Shown here one piece after another: positions 1 to 10,101 of a DNA stretch of 64,000 bases (positions are counted from its first letter, which is position 1; every line of letters begins with the position of its first letter). Made by a program: the position numbers and the translations under genes. Source of the DNA: Lobosporangium transversale (lineage: Eukaryota); the NCBI RefSeq assembly GCF_002105155.1, contig NW_019029001.1, positions 372,001 to 436,000 on the forward strand, written 5' to 3'. A model generated the notes under the pieces. It was not told the DNA's origin, did not search any database, and saw nothing but the letters and a program-made list of their open reading frames with translations.

Positions 1-1359
1 CTCGGAGGCGTAGATGATACCCTGGACTTGGATATGTTGGGTGATGCTGAAGATTTTGATTTCTTGAAGCGACCTCATGGTCACAATGATCTTGAGATTG
101 AAGTAGGCCGTGATGCAGCTGTGACGCGTCGTTCTGCCAGTGTGGATCCATTTGGTATGCTCCCCTCCGTCGATAAGGGGCTACGCCTTGGAGAAGACTC
201 TGAAGACGGCCGTGCACCTAGTGTTCATGGTTCGGTCCACGACTTGCCCGCGCTCGATGACTTTATACCAGCGCCGGATGGTGTCCGCGGGCCTGTCAAC
301 TTTGAAATTGCAAAGGGTACAGGGCATGATCAGCTGCAAAACCAACAGCCAAAGGAGGCTATTGTTAAAAAGCGTAAGCTAATTGTTGATGAAGAGACCG
401 AGATGTCTCAGGAACTTTTAATGGGCACAAATGCAGACTTGGTGGCGGATGGATTATTGACGACACATGAAATGCTTCCCCGATCTCGAAAGCTGCTGCG
501 ACTACAACAAATTCAACAAGATGCTGCTCATGGTGGTCTCGCAGGCTATCTTTTGGACTGCACTGCTGGTCCTCGCGTGATGGGAAGCGCTTTGGTTCCT
601 GAGCTGGCGAGTATGTTTTCGAGACGACTTCAAATTGTTCCAACTGAGACACCGGTAGAGGATCGCCCTGTGGCTGACGCCCAAGCCGAAAGCTCCATGT
701 GGCAGCAAGATCAGGTTGAAAGTTGGGTAGACCAAGTGCAGGATAATGAACTTGATTTCGGTGTTCACCAGACATCACCGCCTCCAGCAGATATTTTCGA
801 CGAAGGCTTTCAACTGGATTCCCCACAAAAGGATATACAGGCACAGGCGCAGGCTACTGAAGCCGATGCTCATTCCGAACTCGCTCCTACGAAGACTTCG
901 TTGTTTGAGGAGATGGAAGAGACAGCTGCACCAGTAGCCACGACAAAGCAACTACTTGGAACAGTGTTTTCGACGTCGACTATTCAGACCATGCGACTCG
1001 TTCAACAAGGTATTGAATCAAAGAAGAACCAAGATCAAGGTGGCGAGGTTAGTAGCGAGATCAGCGCCCGTACGACGCGTACATCCAGTGTGGCAACAGC
1101 TAGCTCTAGTTTGAATAAGAATAACTCCACACGAGTGACATTCTCAGAGCTGATGGCAGGGCCCAACAAGAGTCAACAAAAGCGGAGCAGAGCTGATGCG
1201 GCCAAACTCTTCTTTGAGCTGCTGGTACTGTCAACCAAGGATGTTGTAAAAGTGAAGCAGGAGAAGAGCTTTGGAGAGATTGCAATCGGAGGCAGTCCCT
1301 GGTTAGAGACTCTGGTGGAGGCAGACGCCAACACAGCCGAAATTGAGGCACAGGCATAA
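1..1359 (+). CDS. RAD21: Cohesin kleisin subunit Rad21/Scc1 (Rec8 family), 5'-partial last exon
   Basis: Frame is open from base 1. C-terminal winged-helix motif RADAAKLFFELLVLSTKDVVKVKQEKSFGEIAI, central KKRKLIVDEETEM motif, and separase-type site EIEVGRDA (ExxR) at ~94-117. Confidence 0.88.
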   Translation, partial: LGGVDDTLDLDMLGDAEDFDFLKRPHGHNDLEIEVGRDAAVTRRSASVDPFGMLPSVDKGLRLGEDSEDGRAPSVHGSVHDLPALDDFIPAPDGVRGPVNFEIAKGTGHDQLQNQQPKEAIVKKRKLIVDEETEMSQELLMGTNADLVADGLLTTHEMLPRSRKLLRLQQIQQDAAHGGLAGYLLDCTAGPRVMGSALVPELASMFSRRLQIVPTETPVEDRPVADAQAESSMWQQDQVESWVDQVQDNELDFGVHQTSPPPADIFDEGFQLDSPQKDIQAQAQATEADAHSELAPTKTSLFEEMEETAAPVATTKQLLGTVFSTSTIQTMRLVQQGIESKKNQDQGGEVSSEISARTTRTSSVATASSSLNKNNSTRVTFSELMAGPNKSQQKRSRADAAKLFFELLVLSTKDVVKVKQEKSFGEIAIGGSPWLETLVEADANTAEIEAQA

Positions 1360-1724
1360 AACAAAGAAACAAAAGGCCGTCGATCATTTTACTCTATTAT
1401 TATTATATTTTTTTATCGTTATTATTATTATTCACTTCTCTTGTTGATATTCCAATGTCTTTTTCAAATAAAAAAATCCAATGACTATCTGATGGCGCTG
1501 AACGATATTTTTGGTTGTGTAATTGTGAGCGCGTGGCGTGTTTGACACGCGCACATGGCACTTACCCCTGTATTTAGTATCGTCTTTTTTTAATTCATAC
1601 ATTCCTACATTCTCTTTTCTCTTTCCCATTCCTTTCATTCAAATAAATCTTTTATAAGCTAGACATTCAGAAAAGATTCCAGTCAAGAAATATTCTCAAT
1701 ATAAGAGAGGAATATAAAAAAAAA

Positions 1725-2789
1725 ATGCTTAGCACAATTGGAAAAGTGTTTAATGGACAGACAGGACTAGAGGAGAATAAGAGCGACGACGCTCCAAGTA
1801 ACATGGGAGGAGCCACCAATGAAGCATCTGAGGTACTGAAGAAGCAACTTTTCCTTAAAGAGCAACCAGAACATTTTTTTTTTTTTTTTTTCATATGTAT
1901 TTACTATTCTAATCTCTATGTATTCACCAAAAGTAGAAACTAATCCAAGAGTTCTTTGGGGCGATCCAAGAGGGAGACACAGACACGGTGCGTCAACTAC
2001 TTATGGACCATAAGACGAATCTGACGCGGGCAAGGTTTAAACCCGAGCCTCGGTCTGTGGGGTTCCCCGCTGAGATTGAGCGAGATGCATATACGCTCTT
2101 GGGAGCGTACTTGGGACCTTTGACTGGATTGCAATATGCAATCCTAACAGGCAGAGATGGCATTGCTAAGGATATCTTGGACTCTACGTTTGAACAAGGT
2201 TGAAAAAACAGAAGCCCCTTGCTGATTTTGTCTAAATTAATCGAATGCATTAATTAACTCAGGACACCTTTTCTTCTTCATCCCTAAATCTGAATATATT
2301 TATCCCCAAATATAATAGATGTTGACGCCAGATTTGGTGTAAGCCAAGAAGAGAAATTGATCAGATCTAAAAAAAGTTTTTACATGTTGCCTCTATTCAA
2401 GGATGAAGCTCAAAGCGAGAAATATTCTAACTGTTTTTTTTTTTTTTTTTTTTTTTTGGTACTACTTGACTTCGCCTGAAAAAAAGAATGGAAACACAGC
2501 GCTACATTTGGCAGTCCTCTTGGGAGCTCCAACCCTGGTTTCGGCTCTAATTGAGCGTAGTGCGGACATCACACTCAAGAACAAACGTGGATATTCTGTT
2601 GTGGTACGTTTAAAAAAAAAAAATAAAATAAAAATAACAGGAGTCCTTAAAAAAAAGTAAATTTGACTTACTTCCTGCAATCCTTTTTACTTGCAATGTT
2701 ATTTTCTGAATGCATACTTATAGGATATGTCCGATAATCCAGACATCCTGTGCTTGTTAAAAGCAGGAACAGTAGAACAGGAAGAATAG
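1725..2789 (+). CDS. Small ankyrin-repeat protein, 5 exons (1725-1832, 1937-2198, 2319-2338, 2487-2603, 2724-2789)
   Basis: GT-AG splicing gives one continuous frame with ankyrin motifs FFGAIQEGDTDTVRQLL, LTGLQYAILTGRDGIAKDIL and DVDARFGNGNTALHLAVLLGAPTLVSALIERSADITLKNKRG. Confidence 0.8.
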
Positions 2790-3215
2790 ACTTTCACAAT
2801 GACGACTTTACTCAATACAGACTCGAGCATAAGCCTTTCAGTTGAACAATGGGCAGTGCGGCCAGCTAGACTTAAAGAAGAAGAAGAAAAAGAAAAGTAA
2901 AGAAAAGTAATAAAAAAATATTAATAAGGAAAGATCGAAGCCCAAGATATCAAGACAAACGCTGGCGGTAAATCGCATTCTCTGTTCAAATTGATAAATC
3001 TGAATAAGGGAGAGGTATACAAAACCTTCTGCGAGTCAGCTTCAACTCATTGGGTAAGCAATAAACCTCTTCCGAGCCTCTTTCAATTTATTCAAAAATG
3101 ATGTTAGGATGGTGGGAGCGATGGCGAACCCGAGAGCGAGAGTGAGGATAGGAGGGGGTCTAAAGGGTCAAAGAAAGTAGAAGAGATGAGTCTGGCACAA
3201 TGCATTTAAAAAAAG

Positions 3216-3604
3216 GAAAAAGATATTTGCTCGTTTACACTGCTCCTCCCGTGCAAATAAAAAAATTATTTGCATGGGGTCTTTTTTTATTTGCACGGGG
3301 GCCATTGTTTCAGTCTTAAATACCAATACCAGGGAGCCTTCCACGACACAAGCTCAGATCCGGAGCCAATACCCAAGCATCAAATATTGACTAGATTATT
3401 TATCTAAGAGTCCTCGCCAAAAAGTCTTCAACTAATATAATGAAAAAACAGAAATTTACGAGTAGGTTTCTGTCTTAAAACAGAGAGTATTTTATTCAAT
3501 TTAAAAATGTGAGAAATATATTAGTCGTACGTAGCCCAAAGTAGATATTGATATTCTTTATCTGACTCTAGGACTAAATAAAGAATTAAAAACGATTTAT
3601 CTAT
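3216..3604 (+). repeat. Dispersed repeat, probably a degenerate non-autonomous DNA transposon; second copy at 62822-63072
   Basis: Collinear shared blocks: aaaagatatttgc, tttacactgctcc, tttcagtcttaaatacca, gccttccacgacacaagctc, gtcgtacgtagccca, gactaaataaagaatta, aacgatttatctata. Confidence 0.75.
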
Positions 3605-3699
3605 AATTGAAATAGCCATTGCCAAATCTCTTTGGCAGCCCAGTTGCCAAATAACATTCATTATTTACTTGGCAGCCTACCCAGCGTTATTTGGCCTCT

Positions 3700-3734
<35 letters not shown>

Positions 3735-4303
3735 CATTCCTAGGAACCGTATATGTATATAACACTCATACTTCAAATTAATAAAGCTCCCGTCTTCTAC
3801 GTCATAGTTATGTGTAGTGACATTGTCTTGTCTCATTTAGAAAACTAATGACTTTTTTTACAAGTAGGTCGCTCATACAGTTTTGGAGGTGCCATTTGGA
3901 GATCAATGCCTATGAGAGGTTTTCGCTCGGAGCAAACGCGTCTCACCTGCTACCTAGACGTCTTCAATAAATCATTCCCTAACCGTGTACATTGAAGACT
4001 GTTTTGTGAAGATATCATCGCCGCTGCCCTTAGTACCTCCGGCGGCATTAGCTGTGCAAGGCAATGTATCCACAGAACGCTGCTTGTTTTACCACTGATG
4101 TTATGACCCTGTTTATCAAAAAAAAAAAAAAAAAAAAGTAATGTATTTGGCAGCCCAGCTGCCACCCAAGAGTGCGAAGTTAAGTGGCAGCCCCCAGAAG
4201 TAGGCTGCCAAATAGAGGCAAAAATTACTATATTTGGTATGGGCTGCCAAATAGATTAATCCTAGATTAATCTGTCCATAAAAAGTGTAATGAGAGCAAA
4301 ACA

Positions 4304-4386
4304 TCCGAAAACCCGGATTTGAACCAGGGACCTAGAGATGACAGACAAACTACAGTCTCCCGCTCTACCAACTGAGCTATTTTCGG
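4304..4386 (-). tRNA. tRNA-Tyr(GTA) with a 10-nt intron
   Basis: Minus strand reads CCGAAAA TA GCTC AGTTGGTA GAGC G GGAGA CT GTA G [tttgtctgtc] A TCTCT AGGTC CCTGG TTCAAAT CCGGG TTTTCGG A. This is a full cloverleaf with the intron at the canonical 37/38 position. Confidence 0.93.
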
Positions 4387-4401
4387 AAACACTGAAGTCT
4401 G

Positions 4402-4787
4402 TGTCCTAAATCGAGGCAACTTAAGCTCACGTCCTATAACAAGTGACGTCATGGTAGGTAGGACCAGAGGTATACCTATAGTGGTACCCTCAAACCCACC
4501 CCGTCCTGCCTGGACGTGAGCTCAGCCACCCGATCTTCCCCGCTATAATAAATAGTGGACTCTCCGTCCCTGAAGTGTTCCTTACCTTTATCTTGGTACA
4601 ACACTTCAGGTATGCAACCTCATTCATCTCAGCACTAGTTACTTGTATAGTATTATATGTATCATAAACTAATAAAGACCTTTATCTTGGTACAACACTT
4701 CAGTGTGTTCTATGTATTTGCGTCTCGTTGCGGTTTTTAAGGGCATCTCAGTATAACCCCCCGGTTCTTAAGACAGTGATTTTTTCA
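4402..4787 (+). mobile_element. 5' LTR of Ty3/gypsy element A (3' end at 4787, or alternatively 4775)
   Basis: Starts TGTCCTAAATCG, matching the copy that follows the polypurine tract at 10101(-). Ends ...CA just before the PBS TGGTAGCAAAGG (4789-4800). TATA-like TATAATAAATA at ~4544. Confidence 0.85.
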
Positions 4788-4938
4788 ATGGTAGCAAAGG
4801 CACCACGGTCTTAACGAGCCCAATAATCAACGATCAGTCCACAGTTTTTTTTTTGGTCGCACAGTTTTTATTTGTCAACAGTTTTATTTGTCCACAGTTA
4901 TTTGTCCGTAATTCGGTTACACAGTTTACAAATAGTTT

Positions 4939-6251
4939 ATGGTGGTTTTTAGCCCACCAAGTGATACAGAATCGGAATCAAGTTATACCACGGCAGAAAT
5001 GGATGCAGCAGAGATATTTGCACAGCGTCAGCAACAGTTGCAGCAGGCCTCGAGTGAGGAGCTCGCGCGAAGAGTCGAGGAGCTCACTAGGCAACTCGAG
5101 TTCGCCAATAATCAATTGGCCTCAGCACCAGCGCCCCCGGCAGTAAGCCGATGGCTGGACCCTCACAGGCCAGCCCCGCAGTTTGCCGCTCAGACCTCTA
5201 CTTTCTCGGGGCACGAAGTCGCCTTCGACCTTGATGCTTGGCTCAAGTTCATCGAGCTGCAGTTCCGGAGTCAGACGTGGCCGGACAACAAGAAAGTTCC
5301 CAGTTTTGTCACCATCCTCAAGGGAGGTGCTCTGTCGTGGGCCCTCCAATATATCGATGACAAGGGCGAAGACATCGGTTGGGATGCGTTCAAGGAAGAC
5401 TTCGTTAAGAGATGGACGCAGACTCATCTTTCACAGAACCTGAGGGCCCAGTTAGACGGGCTAAAGATGGAGAAAGACGAGGCCCTAATCAGCTTCATGA
5501 GCAGATACGTAGCGTTAGCCAACAAAATCCATGACAAGTCTACAATGGACAAGAAGTTGGAGTTAGCCAGAAAACTCCCACAATATATCCGAAACAAACT
5601 TGTTGATATCATGAGGCCTGAGGATTCGCTCGAGACCTTCACTCACAAGATTGCCTTGAAGGATCAAGACCTGTCGGCCTTCAGATCCCTCACCAGTGGC
5701 CATGCGGGGGGAAACCCAGTCCATGGCAGTCGTAACCTTGGGTTTAGGTCGCAGTCCTTCGCTAGTACTAATGCCGGCGCCCCCAGGTCCAGTGTGCCAA
5801 GTGCGCCAGACATGTCCATGGATTTGGACCATGTCCGGCAGCGTTTCACGGAGGAAGAGCTTGAGGTTGCGGCCATGCAGACTCGCCAGCATAGTGAGGG
5901 TCGAAAGTGCTTCCACTGTGGCAAGAACGGCCATATCAAAGCAAACTGTCCAGATAGAAGTAAGCCGCGATGCTACGGCTGTGGGATCCCTGGACATAGA
6001 ATAGAGTACTGCCCTGGCAATAAAGGTCGCAATTCTTCATCGTATATTTTACAGTCCTATCACCTAAAGAATGGCAATACCCCAGAAAATTATAAAGAGT
6101 TGAAGCGGCCGGTGCACGAAGTACGCGCAAAGATCGGAACCTTAGGGGCACGCGTGCTGATCGACTCCGGTGCTTCCGGTAACTTCGTCTGCTCTGAATT
6201 CATAAGGGATCTCAAGAAGGAAGACTACCGTTTACTACCCTTACCTAAACC
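4939..6251 (+). CDS. Element A gag-protease, 5' part of a single gag-pol ORF, interrupted by solo LTR B1
   Basis: Retrotrans-gag-like region, SMDLD motif, two CCHC knuckles (CFHCGKNGHIKANC, CYGCGIPGHRIEYC) and aspartic protease VLIDSGASGNFV. Confidence 0.9.
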
Positions 6252-6789
6252 TGTCAAGGACTGACAAAGGGTTTGCAAGGAAAGGTAAGTGAATGAATAA
6301 CAAGAATGATAATGAGCTGAGAACTAGAATGGATTCACGAATAGTTTTTATTGCAGACTGAGGTTTACTATGCTACAAATCTATCATATTTATACTTGTT
6401 TGACTGAAGCGGAGACGCGCTTCAAGAACTCTAAATAAAGCTTACTCAAATATTTCCTAAGGACTTTTACCATATGCGGAACTTCAAGTGTTGAGTTAAC
6501 TTAATACACAGGATCCGAGGAAGATATCTGGTGCAATCTTATTTCAAGGTTCCTTGGCACTATAAGCCTTGGTTATTGGTTTATAGCGCTTCTAGAATCC
6601 TTGGAGCTATTCACGGAGCTAGAAAACTAGGAGACGCGACTTGGCTTGACAGGCAAACTATGCATGGAGGAATGAGTGAAGGAAATGAGCGGAACAAATT
6701 AATCAAGCACACGTGATCTTTTTCAGATTCGAATCAGACAAAAGTCATTCATCAATTCATGAGCTAGACATTGCTTGCTGTTCGTGACA
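6252..6789 (-). mobile_element. Solo LTR of chromovirus family B (copy B1, 538 bp)
   Basis: Reverse complement of the TGTCACG...TTGACA LTRs at 13896, 17712 and 23153. Confidence 0.95.
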
Positions 6790-7951
6790 GATTTGCCAAT
6801 TTTTTAATTTTAGCGAGATCACGTATGAGGTGGCGGAGACACAATTCTTGTTCTGGCTTCACTCCAGACCGACCAACCACTCTTCCTGGCAAGTTTTCTT
6901 TGGCGCTTTCTATGAGCAGCTTTGAATACCATTTCCATGCAAGGTCAATGTCGATTCTTTGAAGGTCTTCTGGCGTCAAGAGATCCTTTTCATCGTCGTT
7001 CTGGGCTCTCCGTAGGCCCATTGTAGAAGATTCACTGCCGTCTCCAATTCTTATATTCACACCGTTCTCAAAATTCTCCCAATCGTCGTTGCTGGCATCG
7101 CGAAGTAAGAATTTGTAGCCCTTGGGTTTTTTGTAAATGATGTGGTGAAGTGGTTGTTGAATAAGGCGGTGCAGTGTCATTTCTAGAGTGACCATTTTGT
7201 GGTCTGACGCCACAATACCATCCAATGATTTGTGTTTGACCCTGAGAAGCCTATCCGTGAATACACTAGATACAAAGATCATGTCTATACGGCTCGTATT
7301 CTGGCAGGTATAGTCTTCACGAAGAGGGTGTTGAGCGCGGAAAACATCATGAAGTGGCTGCGTCTCCATCCATTGAAGTAGTGCCGATTCTGGTCTTATA
7401 CTCGTTGCGTTCTCTCGTCGTCGATCGAGCCGGGGGTTCCTAGTAGCATTGAAATCCCCAAGAATGATTATACCCCTCCCTTCTCCTCTCGCGTCGTTAT
7501 ATTCTTTTTGTATCCATTTAGTAATTACTTCTGCTTCATCTTCCCTTCCCCTTGGTAGGTAGCAGTTAATTACTCTGATTTTAAATCCCCCAGGAAAGTT
7601 GAAATCTCTCGCTTGGCCTCTGCTCCCACAAGATGAAGTTCTCGCAGCGTACTGGAACCAATGCTGAGCGATCAAAAGCCCAACCCCTGTTCCCTGTGTT
7701 GCACCTTCTTTACCACTCACCCACCACATTTTATATTTAGTTTGTTTCAAATTTCTTGCCATTTTACTCCCTCCAACATGCATGTTGGTTTCTTGGAGTG
7801 CTATCATATCTAAATCTTTCATATCACCATATTCACATAACGCTTCTATTTTCCCAGCTTCTAACGCACCCCGTATGTTAAATGATCCAAATTTAATAGC
7901 ACTGCTATTAGATCTATGTAGTACTGTCCTGTCTATTTTGAGTGCTTGCAT
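6790..7951 (-). CDS. LINE ORF2 5' part: APE endonuclease, truncated by LTR B1
   Basis: APE motifs GSFNIRG, DMIALQET, INCYLP, IIILGDFNA, SRIDMIFVS and SDHKMV. Its ATG overlaps the ORF1 stop (TAATG). Confidence 0.9.
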
Positions 7952-9708
7952 TACTCATTATGGACTAGTGGTTTTGGCGGCAATCCACTTGAGGTTGATT
8001 TCTCTTCTTTTCTACTTTTTTCCTTACTACCTGCTCCGTTTGCTATGAGAGCCATAATCCCTGCTAGGGACTCGTTAGTAGGAGGCATGCCTGGAAAAGC
8101 AGCTGACTTACCTTTGTTTTTGGGCACGTTCCTGTGGAACTCTCCACTCAGTCCTGCTGCCTTCAGGTGCTCGGCTGCGTAGTCCATTCCAAGATGTTGG
8201 CTCATCATTCCTATTAACATTTGGATTAGTAGACTGTTTTGAGCACGTAGTTGTTGTTGCTCTTCCTGTAGGCGTTCCACTGTATCTACCAGTTGCTGGA
8301 TTTTCTTATCGACTGCACCAGTGTTGCTGTTCTTTCCTATGACGTTTGTTTGACCAGAAGTTTGGGTATTGGTTTTTTCTTCCTGTGCCTTCTGTTGGTT
8401 GCTTTGAGTAACACTTCCACTCTTTCCCGTGGCGGCTTTGGCGTATGAGAGTTGTGGTACAACTTTCAGTGCTCCTCCCTTTTGGTATTCCTTGACAGCT
8501 TTGATGTGCTGCTTTGTCTCCTGGAGTGCAATGAATACCTCGCATTCCCTCATGATGTGTCCTGGTTTGTGGCATTGTCGGCATCGTTTGTCGTCCTTAT
8601 CACCCCAGAAAGTCTCAATGCCCCCGATTTTGACTGGTTTAGTCATAGTTTCCGCCATTGCTTCTGCAGAGGGGAAATACACGAATGCTTCTCGTTGATA
8701 TTGCCATTTCTTCCCGTCTTTTGAAAAATAGCGTGGCACTTTGACGAAATTCGCTTGCTTTTCTCCAAGGAGAGGCTCCAAGTCCTTGTCTGTCGTTCCA
8801 AAAGGGAGACCTGAGATTTTTGCGACGTGTGTCAATGTCCACTCGACTCGTTCATTGCCGATTTTGCGGATGCGCGCGAGTTCTTTTCCAATGAAGACGT
8901 GCTCCCGGTTGGCCAATTTGAATTTTGTGACGTCCTCAACATTGTTGTAAACTACTGCTGCGGTGATCTTGACTCCCTTGGAGCATGGGCGGGTTGCAAT
9001 CTTTTCAATAGTACCGAACTGCAGCATTGCTGACTTGATAAGGAATTCCGGAGTCCTAGGAGCAATACCATAAACCTCCACTGTGCGTTCCAGTTCACGT
9101 TCACGGGTGTCGGTATTCATTTCAAAAAACAATGGGACTTCGTGTTCATTTCCGTCTTCATCTTTGTGTGTAGCAGTCATTTCCAGGAGCGCTGTCAGGG
9201 ATGGTTGATCCTCAACAGCAACACGGAAAGCAGTATATCCATTGACTTTGACCTTGTGTGGTCCTTCTGTGCAATAGATGGCAGCATCCAACAAGACTGT
9301 TTCCAGGTCTTTCTTTTTTTCGGCAACCGTTGTTCCATAAAGGTCCTCGAGGAAGACGCCGGCCGCCTTCAGCCTATCCTTGGTGCGTTTCACTTCCTGC
9401 CATTCTGTGACTCCCACAGTGGCCATTGCGTCATCGTCTTCGTCCATTGCGTCCTGTTCTTGTGTAGCTGCACGCAAGCCATTTGCACCCAGGCTGCGGT
9501 TATACGAAGGACGGCTCTTAGAGCCCGTTCCCTCGTCAACGCGGCTCCCGCTCGCCTCTATGCCGCTTGCGGGACCGACTTCTTGGTTGTTGGGCTGTCT
9601 TTGAGATCCGATTCCGCTATTTGGAATGCGAGCTCTTTTCGAATGAGGGACATTTCTGTCCAAATTGGGTGGATCATGTTGCTGATTTTTTCCTAATGCA
9701 GGTTCCAT
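7951..9708 (-). CDS. LINE ORF1: RRM-like domains, CCHC zinc knuckle and coiled coil
   Basis: RRM-like segments TVEVYGIAPRTPEFLIKSAMLQFGTI and AKISGLPFGTTDKDLEPLL...AFVYF, knuckle CRQCHKPGHIMREC, coiled coil IQQLVDTVERLQEEQQQLRAQN. Lies directly upstream of the APE ORF. Confidence 0.85.
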   Translation of the reverse strand: MEPALGKNQQHDPPNLDRNVPHSKRARIPNSGIGSQRQPNNQEVGPASGIEASGSRVDEGTGSKSRPSYNRSLGANGLRAATQEQDAMDEDDDAMATVGVTEWQEVKRTKDRLKAAGVFLEDLYGTTVAEKKKDLETVLLDAAIYCTEGPHKVKVNGYTAFRVAVEDQPSLTALLEMTATHKDEDGNEHEVPLFFEMNTDTRERELERTVEVYGIAPRTPEFLIKSAMLQFGTIEKIATRPCSKGVKITAAVVYNNVEDVTKFKLANREHVFIGKELARIRKIGNERVEWTLTHVAKISGLPFGTTDKDLEPLLGEKQANFVKVPRYFSKDGKKWQYQREAFVYFPSAEAMAETMTKPVKIGGIETFWGDKDDKRCRQCHKPGHIMRECEVFIALQETKQHIKAVKEYQKGGALKVVPQLSYAKAATGKSGSVTQSNQQKAQEEKTNTQTSGQTNVIGKNSNTGAVDKKIQQLVDTVERLQEEQQQLRAQNSLLIQMLIGMMSQHLGMDYAAEHLKAAGLSGEFHRNVPKNKGKSAAFPGMPPTNESLAGIMALIANGAGSKEKSRKEEKSTSSGLPPKPLVHNE

Positions 9709-9825
9709 GATGAGTGATGTCGTTGGCACTCTTGTGCGCTAACAGGGGGTGTGGAAGGGGTGTGTATAGAGAGGGAATGTGTAAATGTAGCGTATCCGAT
9801 GGTGTACGGAGAAGAGTTAGCTTAC

Positions 9826-10101
9826 CTTTATTAGTTTATGATACATATAATACTATACAAGTAACTAGTGCTGAGATGAATGAGGTTGCATACCTGAAGT
9901 GTTGTACCAAGATAAAGGTAAGGAACACTTCAGGGACGGAGAGTCCACTATTTATTATAGCGGGGAGGATCGGGTGGCTGAGCTCACGTCCAGGCAGGAC
10001 GGGGTGGGTTTGAGGGTACCACTATAGGTATACCTCTGGTCCTACCTACCATGACGTCACTTGTTATAGGACGTGAGCTTAAGTTGCCTCGATTTAGGAC
10101 A
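9826..10101 (-). mobile_element. Truncated 3' LTR of element A, cut by the LINE 5' end
   Basis: Near-identical to 4402-4677. Preceded on the minus strand by the PPT GGGGAG. Similarity stops at ...aataaag, where LINE 5' UTR sequence begins. Confidence 0.9.

Noticed and set aside
6531..6716. 61-aa ORF MQSYFKVPWHYKPW... occurring four times
   Set aside because: It is antisense within LTR B with a non-ATG start, and recurs only because the LTR recurs.
9730..9826. HDV-like or hammerhead ribozyme at the LINE 5' end
   Set aside because: I could not find the required core motifs or pairings by eye; an Infernal search would be needed.
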